From positions 1-44,003 of the forward strand of contig JBAZJC010000001.1 in NCBI GenBank assembly GCA_041651495.1: 44,003 nt of DNA. Reading direction: 5' to 3'. This DNA is from Candidatus Omnitrophota bacterium (GTDB lineage: Bacteria; Omnitrophota; Omnitrophia; Omnitrophales; Aquincolibacteriaceae). The position numbers and the translations under genes were made by a program. Positions 24,346-34,197 of the stretch are shown here, in pieces; position 1 is the first letter of the stretch, and the number at the start of each line of letters is the position of its first letter. Under the pieces are notes generated by a model. The model did not search any database, was not told the DNA's origin, and worked only from the letters and a program-made list of their open reading frames with translations.

Positions 24346-26163
24346 TTGAACATTCTCGGGATCTCAGCGTTTTATCATGACAGCGCGGCATGCCTTGTCC
24401 GGGATGGGGAGATCGTCGCGGCAGTGCAGGAAGAGCGCTTTTCGCGTAAAAAGCATGATTTCTCATTTCCGAAGCATGCCATCGATTTCTGTCTTAAAAA
24501 GGGCGGCATCAAAACCTCCGGCCTCGATTACGTCGCATTTTATGATAAGCCGTTCCTCAAATTCGAACGCATCCTCGAGACTTATCTCGCGTACGCGCCG
24601 CACGGGATCGCGTCATTTCTGCAAGCCATGCCTCTTTGGATCAAACAAAAACTCTGGATGAAAGATTACATCCAGACCGAGCTCAAGTTTAACGGAAAGA
24701 TCATTTTCCCCGAGCATCATGAATCGCACGCCGCTTCGGCTTTTTTTCCGTCACCTTTTCAGGAAGCCGCATTCCTGACCATGGACGGCGTGGGTGAGTG
24801 GACGACTACAAGTTATGGTGTGGGAAAAGGAAATAAGATTGATATTCTCGCCGAGATCAAATTTCCGCATTCCCTGGGCCTCCTTTATTCCGCATTCACT
24901 TATTACACCGGCTTCAAGGTCAATTCCGGGGAGTACAAGGTCATGGGCCTCGCACCGTATGGCAAGCCGGTCTATAAGGACCTGATCCTGAAAGAATTGA
25001 TCGACCTGAAAGATGACGGCTCGTTCAAACTCAATATGAGATATTTCGATTACTGCGCCGGACTCCGCATGACAAACAACCGCTTTCATAAACTCTTCGG
25101 CGCGCCGCCGCGGAAGCCCGAATCCCGTATTACCCAGCGAGAAATGGACCTGGCTCGTTCGATCCAGGAAGTGACCGAAGAAGTGATGCTCCGGATCACG
25201 CGCCACGTTCATAAAGTGACGGAGCAAAAGAATTTGTGTCTTGCCGGGGGCGTGGTCCTGAACTGCGTCGGTAACGGCCGCATTCTTCGCGAAGGCCCGT
25301 TTGAAAATATCTGGATACAACCGGCTTCCGGTGATGCCGGCGGCGCTTTGGGCGCGGCTTACTTCGCATGGCATCAGTACCTTGAAAAACCGAGGTCCGC
25401 GGACGGAAAAACGGACCGCATGCGCGGCTCTTATCTCGGGCCCGAATTTTCAGACGTCGAGATCAGAGCATTCCTGCTAGAGCATGAGATCCCGTTCGAC
25501 CGGCTTGATGATAAAGAGCTCCCGGGAAAGATCGCGGACCTGATTGCACGGGAAAAGGTGATCGGCTGGTTCCAGGGTGCCATGGAATTCGGTCCCCGGG
25601 CGCTGGGCGGCCGCTCTATTCTCGGGGACCCCCGCTCGCCCAAGATGCAGGAACAGATGAATTTGAAGATTAAATTTCGTGAGAGCTTCCGCCCTTTTGC
25701 GCCTTCGATTACCGCCGAGAAAGTTTCGAATTATTTTGAGATAACAACGGAAAGTCCCTACATGCTTTTTGTTGCGCCGGTCCAAAAAAAATGGCGCCGT
25801 GAAATGACGGAGGATGAGAAAAAGCTTGAGGGAATCGAGCGCCTGAATGTGAAACGTTCGGAAATCCCGGCCGTCACGCATGTCGACTATTCCGCACGTG
25901 TTCAGACCATCACGGAGACCCAGAACATGCGATTCTACCGGCTTCTTAAAAAATTCGACGAGAGGCATGGCTGTCCGGTCATGATTAATACTTCATTTAA
26001 CGTCAGGGGAGAACCGATCGTCTGCACGCCCGAGGACGCCTTCCGTTGTTTTATGCGCACACACATGGATTATTTGGTCCTGGGGAATTATCTTCTCGAT
26101 AAGTCCGGGCAGAAACCTCTTGAGAAGGACTGTGAATGGATGAAGGAGTTTAAGCTCGACTAA
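24346..26163 (+). CDS. Carbamoyltransferase (NodU/CmcH family)
   Basis: (M)NILGISAFYHDSAACLVRDGEIVAAVQEERFSRKKHD at the N-terminus and NTSFNVRGEPIVCTPEDA at the C-terminus. TTG start. Confidence 0.9.
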   Translation: MNILGISAFYHDSAACLVRDGEIVAAVQEERFSRKKHDFSFPKHAIDFCLKKGGIKTSGLDYVAFYDKPFLKFERILETYLAYAPHGIASFLQAMPLWIKQKLWMKDYIQTELKFNGKIIFPEHHESHAASAFFPSPFQEAAFLTMDGVGEWTTTSYGVGKGNKIDILAEIKFPHSLGLLYSAFTYYTGFKVNSGEYKVMGLAPYGKPVYKDLILKELIDLKDDGSFKLNMRYFDYCAGLRMTNNRFHKLFGAPPRKPESRITQREMDLARSIQEVTEEVMLRITRHVHKVTEQKNLCLAGGVVLNCVGNGRILREGPFENIWIQPASGDAGGALGAAYFAWHQYLEKPRSADGKTDRMRGSYLGPEFSDVEIRAFLLEHEIPFDRLDDKELPGKIADLIAREKVIGWFQGAMEFGPRALGGRSILGDPRSPKMQEQMNLKIKFRESFRPFAPSITAEKVSNYFEITTESPYMLFVAPVQKKWRREMTEDEKKLEGIERLNVKRSEIPAVTHVDYSARVQTITETQNMRFYRLLKKFDERHGCPVMINTSFNVRGEPIVCTPEDAFRCFMRTHMDYLVLGNYLLDKSGQKPLEKDCEWMKEFKLD

Positions 26164-26170
26164 GGAATTT

Positions 26171-26587
26171 ATGGTCATCGCGGAAATTAAAAAAATAGAA
26201 AGCAGCACCAAGAAGCTCCGGGAATTTGGTCTCGTGGTTGGGGGAGTTCTGTGCGTTCTGGGCATTTTGCTTGGATGGTGTGGCCGGAGAAGTTTTCCGT
26301 ATTTTCTCATCCCGGGCTTCCTTCTTGTGATCACGGGTGCAATCATCCCGGCGATCCTGAAGCCGCTGCAAAAAGCATGGATGACGCTCGCGATCCTGAT
26401 GGGTTGGATCATGACACGCGTCATTCTTTCCGTTCTTTTCTATCTCACGATCACACCGATCGGTCTGATCCTGCGTCTTACGGGAAAAGACCTTCTGGAC
26501 CAGAAACTTGAGCCAAAAAAACAAAGCTATTGGAAGATCCGGCCGCAAACCCCGCGTAGTCCTGGTGACTACGAAAAGCAGTTCTGA
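26171..26587 (+). CDS. SxtJ-like small membrane protein
   Basis: 138 aa with 3-4 hydrophobic segments. It sits immediately downstream of the carbamoyltransferase, which I recall as a recurring gene pair. Confidence 0.6.
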   Translation: MVIAEIKKIESSTKKLREFGLVVGGVLCVLGILLGWCGRRSFPYFLIPGFLLVITGAIIPAILKPLQKAWMTLAILMGWIMTRVILSVLFYLTITPIGLILRLTGKDLLDQKLEPKKQSYWKIRPQTPRSPGDYEKQF

Positions 26588-26656
26588 GTTTTTCATTTCG
26601 GCCTTGGACGGCATCTGCTAGTATATTTCCCATTCAAACAGGATACAGGAGGCGTT

Positions 26657-26815
26657 GTGGGCAAATTAAGCATTTTGAAAGAGTTCTGGGATTTTCTGAA
26701 AGTCCGTAAAAAATGGTGGTTAACCCCGATCGTGGTGATCATGATTCTGCTGGGTGCTTTGATCGTTTTCTCGCAAGGGTCCACGCTGGCACCGTTCATT
26801 TACACCCTTTTTTAA
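26657..26815 (+). CDS. 52-aa DUF5989-like small membrane protein (not in the supplied ORF track)
   Basis: AGGAGG at 26647-26652 is followed by GTG 26657. The translation is MGKLSILKEFWDFLKVRKKWWLTPIVVIMILLGALIVFSQGSTLAPFIYTLF. The KKWWL...APFIYTLF pattern matches small proteins I recall following carbamoyltransferase-SxtJ pairs. Confidence 0.6.
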   Translation: MGKLSILKEFWDFLKVRKKWWLTPIVVIMILLGALIVFSQGSTLAPFIYTLF

Positions 26816-26821
26816 TCACAG

Positions 26822-27985
26822 ATGCCGCGCTATCCGTTCAAAAGTCTGTGGAAACGGGTGCTGGCCGGATGTTTTGACGCCATAGGCCGAGTCTGTTTTT
26901 TCCCGTTACGGCCGCTGCGAAAGCCTCTGGAACTCGCGGCCGTCCATCGCATCCTTGTAATCCGCCTGGACCATATCGGTGACGTCGTCATGGCCCGTCC
27001 CGCAATCCGTGCCTTACATAAAAAATTTCCACACGCGGCAATCGATCTTCTTGTGACCGAGGATATTGCGCCGCTTTTTGAGCATTCCAAAGAAATCCGG
27101 GCTGTGATCGCGGCCCAATACGCGTGGTTCAACAGGAATACCTCTTTCGCACAGAAATGCCTCGAATTCTGGCGCCTCCTCGGTATTGTGAAAACCGGGT
27201 CCTACGACATCGGGATCGATCTGCGCGGTGATCTCCGGAATATTCTCCTGATGTTTCTATCCGGGATCAAGTACACGATCGGTTACGGGATCGCAGGCGG
27301 CGGATTTCTTTTGAACGAAGAAGTTCCCTATGACACGGCTCAACATCAGGTGCGACTCAATCTGAACCTTCTAAATTCATTCCATGTCGCGCAGGACAAC
27401 AAGCTCCTGCCATTTGAATATTCCTCTGAAAAAGCGCGGAAATTCTGGGAGAAGATCAAAATCCTGCCGTCCACAACGCTCCTGCCGCGCGTTGTATTCC
27501 ACATGGGGGCGGGATATCCGTCCAAACGCTGGCCGTTCGAAAACTTCCGGGCACTCATCCAACAAATCGACAGAGAAGCACTTGCTCAGATCGTTTTGGT
27601 TGGAACGGAAGCCGAAAAAGAAGCAACTCCGGACCTTAAACTGAACTCGGAACGCCTTATCGACCTGCGCGGCAAAACAACTCTGCAGGACCTTCCGGTC
27701 CTTTTGGATATATGCGATATTTTTATCGGGAACGATTCAGGTCCCGCGCACATCGCCGCGGCCCAGGGGCTGGAAATCATTTTGTTTGTAAGCGGCACGA
27801 ACGACATCCGTCTCTGGTATCCATGGACCGAACGGCTGAGCCTCCTTCAACATGAAGTCCCGTGTTCACCTTGCGGGGTTGACATCTGTCCGGTCGAGGG
27901 ACATCCCTGTGTCGAGGGGATCACAGTCGATCAGGCTTTTGATGCGTTTCTTTCGACTCTCGACCGCCTCCAAAAGAAATCCTAG
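26822..27985 (+). CDS. Family 9 glycosyltransferase (heptosyltransferase-like)
   Basis: ILVIRLDHIGDVVMARPAIRAL and GNDSGPAHIAAAQG. Confidence 0.85.
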   Translation: MPRYPFKSLWKRVLAGCFDAIGRVCFFPLRPLRKPLELAAVHRILVIRLDHIGDVVMARPAIRALHKKFPHAAIDLLVTEDIAPLFEHSKEIRAVIAAQYAWFNRNTSFAQKCLEFWRLLGIVKTGSYDIGIDLRGDLRNILLMFLSGIKYTIGYGIAGGGFLLNEEVPYDTAQHQVRLNLNLLNSFHVAQDNKLLPFEYSSEKARKFWEKIKILPSTTLLPRVVFHMGAGYPSKRWPFENFRALIQQIDREALAQIVLVGTEAEKEATPDLKLNSERLIDLRGKTTLQDLPVLLDICDIFIGNDSGPAHIAAAQGLEIILFVSGTNDIRLWYPWTERLSLLQHEVPCSPCGVDICPVEGHPCVEGITVDQAFDAFLSTLDRLQKKS

Positions 27986-28022
27986 CCATGATTCTCATAA
28001 ATTATAAAATAAACGGGTAATC

Positions 28023-29180
28023 ATGACAACCCAAGTCACCCTCCCTGAAAAGAAAACAAAGACTTGGGTAGCCATGACGCGCCACCGTGTCGGTCTCGAT
28101 GTCAGAATGCTGCAAAATTCGGGGATAGGGACTTACCTGCGAGGACTTCTCTCGGGCCTGAGGATGCTCGGCCTGGACAAGGATCTTGCGCTTTTTGGCC
28201 CTCGGCCAGCAGAAACCCGCCCAGGTCATGTTTTCTCAGCACCTATCTACTCCATTCGTGAGCAGCTTCAATATCCCGCGCTGATCAGGCAGTGCCGCCT
28301 TTGGCACGCCCCACATTACAATGTTCCTCTTCGGAAAGGGAAAACAAAGCTTGTGGTCACAATCCACGACATTATCCACTGGATCTTCCGTAAGCAATTT
28401 TTGTCACCGCTCCAGACCGCCTATGCCGGTTTCATGCTCAGAAAAGCGATCACGTCCGCCGACCAGATCATTGCCGTGTCGTATCATACCCAAAAAGACC
28501 TGATCACTCATTTCCGTGCGCCAGAGCAAAAAATCACTGTTATCCATGAAGGGGTCGATGAAACCTGCCGGGAAATCCCGCCCGGGGAGCTCCAGCCTGC
28601 GTTCGAAAAGATCCGGACTAAATATGGAGTCCCTCAGGATTTTTTTCTGTATGTCGGACTCATCAAGCCGCACAAGAATATCCTCATGCTCGTACGTCTT
28701 TTTCGCAAGCTCAAGGAGCAGGGAAAAGTCCGCGCATCGCTCGTCCTGATCGGCCGCAAGGACAAGACCTACCCGCCAGGATATGAGGCATTGTCCACGC
28801 TGTGCTCGACGAGGGATATCTTTTACTTGCCGGCGATCGATCCCCAAGAGTTAAAGGTTTTTTATAATCAGGCGCTTGCGCTTGTTCACCCTTCGCTTTA
28901 CGAAGGTTTTGGCCTGACGCTTCTGGAAGCCATGTGTTCCGGAACACCGGTGCTGACCACGAATTCCTCCTCGATCCCGGAAGTGGTCGGCGACGCGGCC
29001 CTGCGAGTCGATGCCACGGACGAGGTTGCAATGATGAATGCACTCGTCCGTTTGGATCAAGATATGCCCTTACGGGAGTCTCTGCGCCTCAAAGGTTATG
29101 AACGGGCGAAGATTTTCAGCTGGAAAGAGACCGCCCGAAAAACGGCAGAAGTCTACGAAAAGGCGCTTGCTGAAAAATGA
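28023..29180 (+). CDS. Family 4 glycosyltransferase (GT-B, Glycos_transf_1)
   Basis: PSLYEGFGLTLLEAMCSGTPVLTTNSSSIPEVVGDAA. Confidence 0.85.
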   Translation: MTTQVTLPEKKTKTWVAMTRHRVGLDVRMLQNSGIGTYLRGLLSGLRMLGLDKDLALFGPRPAETRPGHVFSAPIYSIREQLQYPALIRQCRLWHAPHYNVPLRKGKTKLVVTIHDIIHWIFRKQFLSPLQTAYAGFMLRKAITSADQIIAVSYHTQKDLITHFRAPEQKITVIHEGVDETCREIPPGELQPAFEKIRTKYGVPQDFFLYVGLIKPHKNILMLVRLFRKLKEQGKVRASLVLIGRKDKTYPPGYEALSTLCSTRDIFYLPAIDPQELKVFYNQALALVHPSLYEGFGLTLLEAMCSGTPVLTTNSSSIPEVVGDAALRVDATDEVAMMNALVRLDQDMPLRESLRLKGYERAKIFSWKETARKTAEVYEKALAEK

Positions 29181-30268
29181 AAACCGCACTGGTCCATGAT
29201 TGGCTCATTCACATGCGCGGCGGCGAAAAGGTCCTGGATGCCCTGGCCGAACTTTATCCGGAGGCTACGCTTTACACGCTTTTTTTTGACCGGAAAAAGA
29301 TAAGCCCGAATCTTTCGCGACTCAAGATCAAGGCCTCGTTCCTCCAATATTTTCCGTACATCAAGTTCTACTACCGGTGGCTTCTGCCCATCCTGCCGTG
29401 GGCGATCCGTTCCATAAAAGTCGAGGATGCAGATCTTGTGATCTCGAGTTCTCACTGCGTCGCCAAAGGCATCCGCGTTCCCGTGAATGCTTACCATATC
29501 TGCTACTGCCATACACCGATGCGTTATCTTTGGGGGTTCCAGGACGTTTATTTCAACCGCTATCTCGCGCCGGTCCGGCTTCTTATCGATACCGTGTTTC
29601 ACTTTCTCAGAAAATGGGATCTCAAAACCAACGAACGCGTGGACCTTTTTGTCGCAAATTCCGAATATATCAAAAAACGCATCAAAACCGTTTACCAGCG
29701 CGACGCCGTAGTCGTTCATCCTCCGCTTGAGACGGAGTTTTTCAAGCCGATGGGGAAAACGGAGAATTTTTTTCTTGCAGTTTCACACTTTGTTCCGTAT
29801 AAAAGACTGGACCTGGTCATCGAGGCTTTTAATAGCCTGGAGCGACGGCTTGTCGTGATCGGCTCCGGCCCTCTGGCAGACCCATATCAGAAACTCCGGA
29901 AGAACGATCAGATATCCTTCTGGGGCGGTGTCAGCGATGAGGAGCTCCGCAAAGCCTATTCGGGAGCCCGGGCACTCATCTTTCCGACGGAAGAGGATTT
30001 CGGGATCGTACCGCTCGAGGCCCAGGCCTGCGGCGCGCCGGTCATCGCATTCCGGAAGGGCGGGGCACTGGAGACGGTAAAAAGCGGTGTTTTTTTTGAT
30101 GAACAGACGCCAGAAGCCATTCGCGAAGCCGTGCTGCGGTTCGAGCATCAGACTTTCGATCCTAACGAGGTGTCCGGAAAGGTTCAGGGATTCGGGCGAA
30201 AACATTTTCTTAAAAACATGAACAAAGTCATCGATACCCACTACACATTAAAGGCAAGATCCGTATGA
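29177..30268 (+). CDS. Family 4 glycosyltransferase (GT-B)
   Basis: MKTALVHDWL..MRGGEKVL at the N-terminus and FPTEEDFGIVPLEAQACGAPVIA. ATGA overlap with the upstream gene. Confidence 0.85.
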   Translation: MKTALVHDWLIHMRGGEKVLDALAELYPEATLYTLFFDRKKISPNLSRLKIKASFLQYFPYIKFYYRWLLPILPWAIRSIKVEDADLVISSSHCVAKGIRVPVNAYHICYCHTPMRYLWGFQDVYFNRYLAPVRLLIDTVFHFLRKWDLKTNERVDLFVANSEYIKKRIKTVYQRDAVVVHPPLETEFFKPMGKTENFFLAVSHFVPYKRLDLVIEAFNSLERRLVVIGSGPLADPYQKLRKNDQISFWGGVSDEELRKAYSGARALIFPTEEDFGIVPLEAQACGAPVIAFRKGGALETVKSGVFFDEQTPEAIREAVLRFEHQTFDPNEVSGKVQGFGRKHFLKNMNKVIDTHYTLKARSV

Positions 30269-31659
30269 GATTCAGTCATTCTCGCCGTATGGTCGCAGCT
30301 ACGATCCTGATCGACACCACCATGATCGTTCTGAGTTTCATCGTGGCATACTATTTTAGATTTCTCGGAGGCCTGCCCACTAAGCTGGGCATTCCACCAC
30401 TGTCTGACTACTGGCATGCGCTTTTTGGTATCATTCCCGTCTATCTCTGGCTTTTTCGAGAAGCCGGTCTCTATCAGCTTTCGCGTCACATGCGTCGCAT
30501 CGAGGAAATCTTCCTTGTGGTCAAGGTGGTGACCTATGCCGTCATCCTTCTTATGGCCCTCACATTTTTCTATCGCCAGTTCTCCTACTCACGCCTTTAC
30601 CTGGTTTTTATCTGGTTCTTTTCCTGCGTTTTTATCAGTGTCGGCCGCTACCTACTCATCCAGTGGGGCTATTGGCGTCGTGAGCAAAAAAAAGACATGA
30701 TCGAGGTCCTCATCATCGGATTTAACCGCAATACCCGCGACCTGATCGAATGGACCAAACACAATCCTCATTATGGGCAGAGACCCGTCGGAATCCTTGC
30801 ACAGAATGTCGAGGATATCGGCAAGCATGTCGAGAATGTCCCGATCCTGGGGCTCTCGGAGCATTGGGAGACTTTTATTCAAAAGCTTCAACCCGACCAG
30901 GTAGTGCTTCTTGACGAAAGTTTTTCCCGGGAAAAAGTCACGGATCTTGTGGCGATCTGTGAGGACGCGTTCATTGATTTCAAGATGGGGGCCGATATCC
31001 ATGGTTTGATCGCAAGCAATGTTGGTGTGGAATATGTCAGCCATATCCCGCTTTTGGGGTTCCGTTCGCTCCCACTCGACGACCCGTGGAACCGGTTTCT
31101 CAAAAGGACCTTTGACCTTGCGGTAGCGGGCATTATGACTCTGGTTTTTCTTCCCATCGGTCTCATCGTCGTAGTGCTGATCAAACTGGAAGGGAAGGGG
31201 CCTGTTTTTTATTTTCAGGAGCGCGTGGGACGCGACGGGAACGTTTTCCGGCTTATCAAATTCCGGACCATGAAAGTCGACGCCGAAAAAGAAACGGGGC
31301 CGGTGTGGGCGAAGCCCGGGGACGATCGCCGGACACGAAGCGGGGAGTTCCTCCGCAAGTGGAATCTCGATGAGTTCCCGCAGCTTCTGAACGTGCTCTC
31401 CGGGGAAATGAGTCTTGTGGGTCCCCGGCCGGAACGCCCGCATTTTGTGGACAAATTTCGCGAAAGCGTGCCACGATACATGGCACGCCACAAGGTGAAG
31501 AGCGGCCTCACCGGCTGGGCGCAAGTCCATGGCCTTCGGGGCGACACGTCGATCGAAGAGCGCATCAAATATGACCTCTATTACATGGAGAATTGGTCGT
31601 TACTTCTGGATGTTGAGATCCTGGTGATGACCTTGTTTGCATTCAAGAACGCATATTAA
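30265..31659 (+). CDS. Polyprenyl-phosphate hexose-1-phosphate transferase (WbaP/EpsB-type initiating sugar transferase)
   Basis: N-terminal TM bundle plus a C-terminal bacterial sugar transferase domain (LIKFRTM...DEFPQLLNVLSGEMSLVGPRPE). ATGA overlap with the upstream gene. Confidence 0.88.
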   Translation: MRFSHSRRMVAATILIDTTMIVLSFIVAYYFRFLGGLPTKLGIPPLSDYWHALFGIIPVYLWLFREAGLYQLSRHMRRIEEIFLVVKVVTYAVILLMALTFFYRQFSYSRLYLVFIWFFSCVFISVGRYLLIQWGYWRREQKKDMIEVLIIGFNRNTRDLIEWTKHNPHYGQRPVGILAQNVEDIGKHVENVPILGLSEHWETFIQKLQPDQVVLLDESFSREKVTDLVAICEDAFIDFKMGADIHGLIASNVGVEYVSHIPLLGFRSLPLDDPWNRFLKRTFDLAVAGIMTLVFLPIGLIVVVLIKLEGKGPVFYFQERVGRDGNVFRLIKFRTMKVDAEKETGPVWAKPGDDRRTRSGEFLRKWNLDEFPQLLNVLSGEMSLVGPRPERPHFVDKFRESVPRYMARHKVKSGLTGWAQVHGLRGDTSIEERIKYDLYYMENWSLLLDVEILVMTLFAFKNAY

Positions 31660-31670
31660 TTATCCGGGGG

Positions 31671-31727
31671 ACGTTGAACGGGAAACGAAAAACGCATTCG
31701 TTCGCCGTTAACCGTTTCCCGTTTCCG
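31671..31727. repeat. Palindromic heptad-repeat element, copy A (arms AACGGGAAACG / CGTTTCCCGTT, 25-nt spacer)
   Basis: The 11-nt arms at 31677-31687 and 31713-31723 are exact reverse complements. The same arms recur at 37841-37851 and 37876-37886. Confidence 0.7.
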
Positions 31728-31744
31728 CCATCAAGGAGTCTAAA

Positions 31745-32518
31745 ATGATTAAAGCCGCACTATCCGTAGTCATTATTGCAAAAAACGAAGAAAAACGCCT
31801 GGCCGAATGTCTCAAGAGCGCTGAATTCGCCGCGGAAATCGTGGTGTTGGACGACATGTCGAGCGACCGCACGGTGGAGATCGCCAAACAGTTCGGTGCC
31901 AAGGTGTTCCAGCGAGCAATGGACATTGAAGGACGGCACCGGAATTACGCCTACGGCCTCGCCACACAACCGTGGGTTTTTTCACTCGACGCCGACGAAC
32001 GCATCACACCTGAACTCGCGAAAGAACTCGCCGAGGTTGCCTCCAGGCCTAATGATCCGCACACCTGCTACTCCATGCCTGTCAAGACCTTCATCGGAAC
32101 AGACTGGATCAAGGGCGGCGGCTATTATCCCGCACCCAAAACCCGGTTTTTTAAAAAAGGGCAATTCAAATATGAGGAAGCCCGCGTCCATCCCAAGATG
32201 TTCTATGAGGGCACCTGCGGCTCCTTGAAGGGTGACATTCTGCATTACTCCAGCCCGAGCTGGGAGAGCTGGCTTTCAAAATTCAACCGCGAGACGGGAC
32301 TAGAGGCCGAAAAGTGGGTGAAGGACGGACGCAAAATGGGCCCGTGGCGTGTCATTCGTAAAGCCACGAGCCGTTTTCTTAAATATTATTTTCAGAAAGA
32401 CGGCATTGTGAATGGATACACCGGATTTCTGATGTCCTTTTTCCACTCCGCTTACCAGATCATCACGTACGCAAAATACCGCGAACTCAAACGCGCCCAG
32501 GAAAGCGCGTCCAAATAG
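31745..32518 (+). CDS. Family 2 glycosyltransferase (small, LPS-core-type)
   Basis: LSVVIIAKNEEKRLAECLKS...EIVVLDDMSSDRT...SLDADE. AAGGAG RBS. Confidence 0.8.
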   Translation: MIKAALSVVIIAKNEEKRLAECLKSAEFAAEIVVLDDMSSDRTVEIAKQFGAKVFQRAMDIEGRHRNYAYGLATQPWVFSLDADERITPELAKELAEVASRPNDPHTCYSMPVKTFIGTDWIKGGGYYPAPKTRFFKKGQFKYEEARVHPKMFYEGTCGSLKGDILHYSSPSWESWLSKFNRETGLEAEKWVKDGRKMGPWRVIRKATSRFLKYYFQKDGIVNGYTGFLMSFFHSAYQIITYAKYRELKRAQESASK

Positions 32519-32525
32519 GAGCAAC

Positions 32526-33641
32526 ATGAAAGTCCCGTATTTCGACCTCTCCCGATCACATCAGAAATTCGTCCACCAGGCCCAGGAAGCTTTCGACCAC
32601 ATTCTGAAAAGCGGCGCCTACGTTCTCGGCCCCGCACTTCAAGAACTCGAAGCCGAGTTCGCAGCCTATATCGGAACGAAATATGCACTCGGTGTCGGCT
32701 CCGGGACTGACGCCCTGACCTTTGCCTTGCGCGCGCTCGACATTAAAGAAGGAGACGAGGTCATCGTCCCTTCCTTCACGTTCACAGCCACCGCGCTGGC
32801 CGTGATCCATGCTGGTGCGACTCTGGTCTTTGCCGATGTCGAGGAGAACACTTTTAATCTTGATCCCGAATCCGTCGTACAGGCGCTCAGCCGTAAAACC
32901 CGAGCCATGATCCCGGTGCATCTTTTCGGCCAATGCGCCAATATGACTGCTTTGACAGCCATCGCGAAACAAAAAAAACTGAAAATCGTGGAAGACGCGT
33001 GCCAGGCGCATGGAGCTCTTTGGGATAAGGTGATGGCCGGCGCCTTCGGGAATGCGGGATGCTTCAGTTTTTATCCGACCAAAAACCTGGGCGGTATCGG
33101 CGATGGAGGCATGGTAACCACCTCCGACGAAAATCTTCTGAAACGTGTTATCCAGTATCGCAATCTCGGGAAGGGCATCGACGATCCTTTTGTCCACGAT
33201 GAGATCGGCTGGACAAGCCGCCTTGACAGCCTCCAGGCCGCGTTCCTCAGTATCAAGTTGAAATTTCTGGATGAGCTGAACCGGGAGCGCCGCGCGGTCG
33301 CCGAAATGTATCACAAAAAGCTCGCGGAAACCCCGCTCGGTCTTCCGAGGGAAGTTGGTGGCGCCTATCACGTTTACCACCTTTACGTGATCCGCGTGCC
33401 GGACGGAAAAAGGAATGCACTCAAAGAGTACCTCGCAGCCCAGGGGATCCCGACCATGATCCATTATGCGATCCCGGTCCACGCGCAGCCCATCATGAAA
33501 AAACACAAAACCCGCAGGGTAAAGCTGCCGGTCACGGAAAAACTCCGCGAAGAAGTCCTGACCCTGCCGCTTTTCCCGGGCATGACCGAGCCGGAAGTGG
33601 ATGCCGTTGCCAATGCCATCCAACGGTTCTTCGGGAAGTAA
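32526..33641 (+). CDS. DegT/DnrJ/EryC1/StrS-family PLP-dependent sugar aminotransferase
   Basis: GSGTDAL, DACQAHGA and SFYPTKNLGGIGDGG (PLP-lysine context). Confidence 0.88.
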   Translation: MKVPYFDLSRSHQKFVHQAQEAFDHILKSGAYVLGPALQELEAEFAAYIGTKYALGVGSGTDALTFALRALDIKEGDEVIVPSFTFTATALAVIHAGATLVFADVEENTFNLDPESVVQALSRKTRAMIPVHLFGQCANMTALTAIAKQKKLKIVEDACQAHGALWDKVMAGAFGNAGCFSFYPTKNLGGIGDGGMVTTSDENLLKRVIQYRNLGKGIDDPFVHDEIGWTSRLDSLQAAFLSIKLKFLDELNRERRAVAEMYHKKLAETPLGLPREVGGAYHVYHLYVIRVPDGKRNALKEYLAAQGIPTMIHYAIPVHAQPIMKKHKTRRVKLPVTEKLREEVLTLPLFPGMTEPEVDAVANAIQRFFGK

Positions 33642-33642
33642 T

Positions 33643-34197
33643 ATGCAAAAACCGTTACGCAAAGTTGTTTTTATTGACCGGGATGGCGTCATCAATGTCG
33701 ACCTCTGGAAATACGTGGAAACCTGGAAGGAATTCCGTTTTGAAAAAGGCGCCTTGGAAGGACTCAAGGCCTTAAGCGAAAAGGGATTCGACATTTTCAT
33801 CATCTCGAACCAAGCCGGCGTGGGGGACGGAGTCTTCAGCGAAGCGGCCATGTGGCACGTGCATGAAAAAATGGTCGCGGCCATGGCCAAACGCGGTATC
33901 AAGATCCGCGGCACGAGGTATTGCACCCACGGCAAAAAAGGAAATTGCGATTGCCGCAAACCCAAAACGCAGCTCTTTGAAAAGGCCGTCGCAAACCTTC
34001 CCTTTGACAAGGAAAAAACTTATTACGTGGGTGATAAATTAAGCGACATCGCGGCTGGAAAAAATTTTGGGATCCGGACGATCCTGGTACGGACCGGATA
34101 CGGCCAAGAGACAGAAAAAAAACTGACGAAAAAACTCCAGCCTGACCATATCGTTAACGATCTCAGGGACGCAGTTCCATTCATCTTCGAAGCATGA
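33643..34197 (+). CDS. gmhB: D-glycero-D-manno-heptose 1,7-bisphosphate phosphatase
   Basis: VVFIDRDGVIN (HAD motif I), ISNQAGVG, and the Zn-site C.H...C.CRKP. The start is ATG 33643; the ORF-track start 33601 overlaps the upstream gene. Confidence 0.82.
   Translation: MQKPLRKVVFIDRDGVINVDLWKYVETWKEFRFEKGALEGLKALSEKGFDIFIISNQAGVGDGVFSEAAMWHVHEKMVAAMAKRGIKIRGTRYCTHGKKGNCDCRKPKTQLFEKAVANLPFDKEKTYYVGDKLSDIAAGKNFGIRTILVRTGYGQETEKKLTKKLQPDHIVNDLRDAVPFIFEA

Noticed and set aside
32556-34010. A 484-aa minus-strand ORF, the longest antisense ORF in the track.
   Set aside because: It lies entirely antisense to the well-supported DegT aminotransferase and gmhB genes. The translation is low-complexity, rich in R/G/F, and has no recognisable motifs. 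It is a typical shadow ORF of moderately GC-rich coding DNA.
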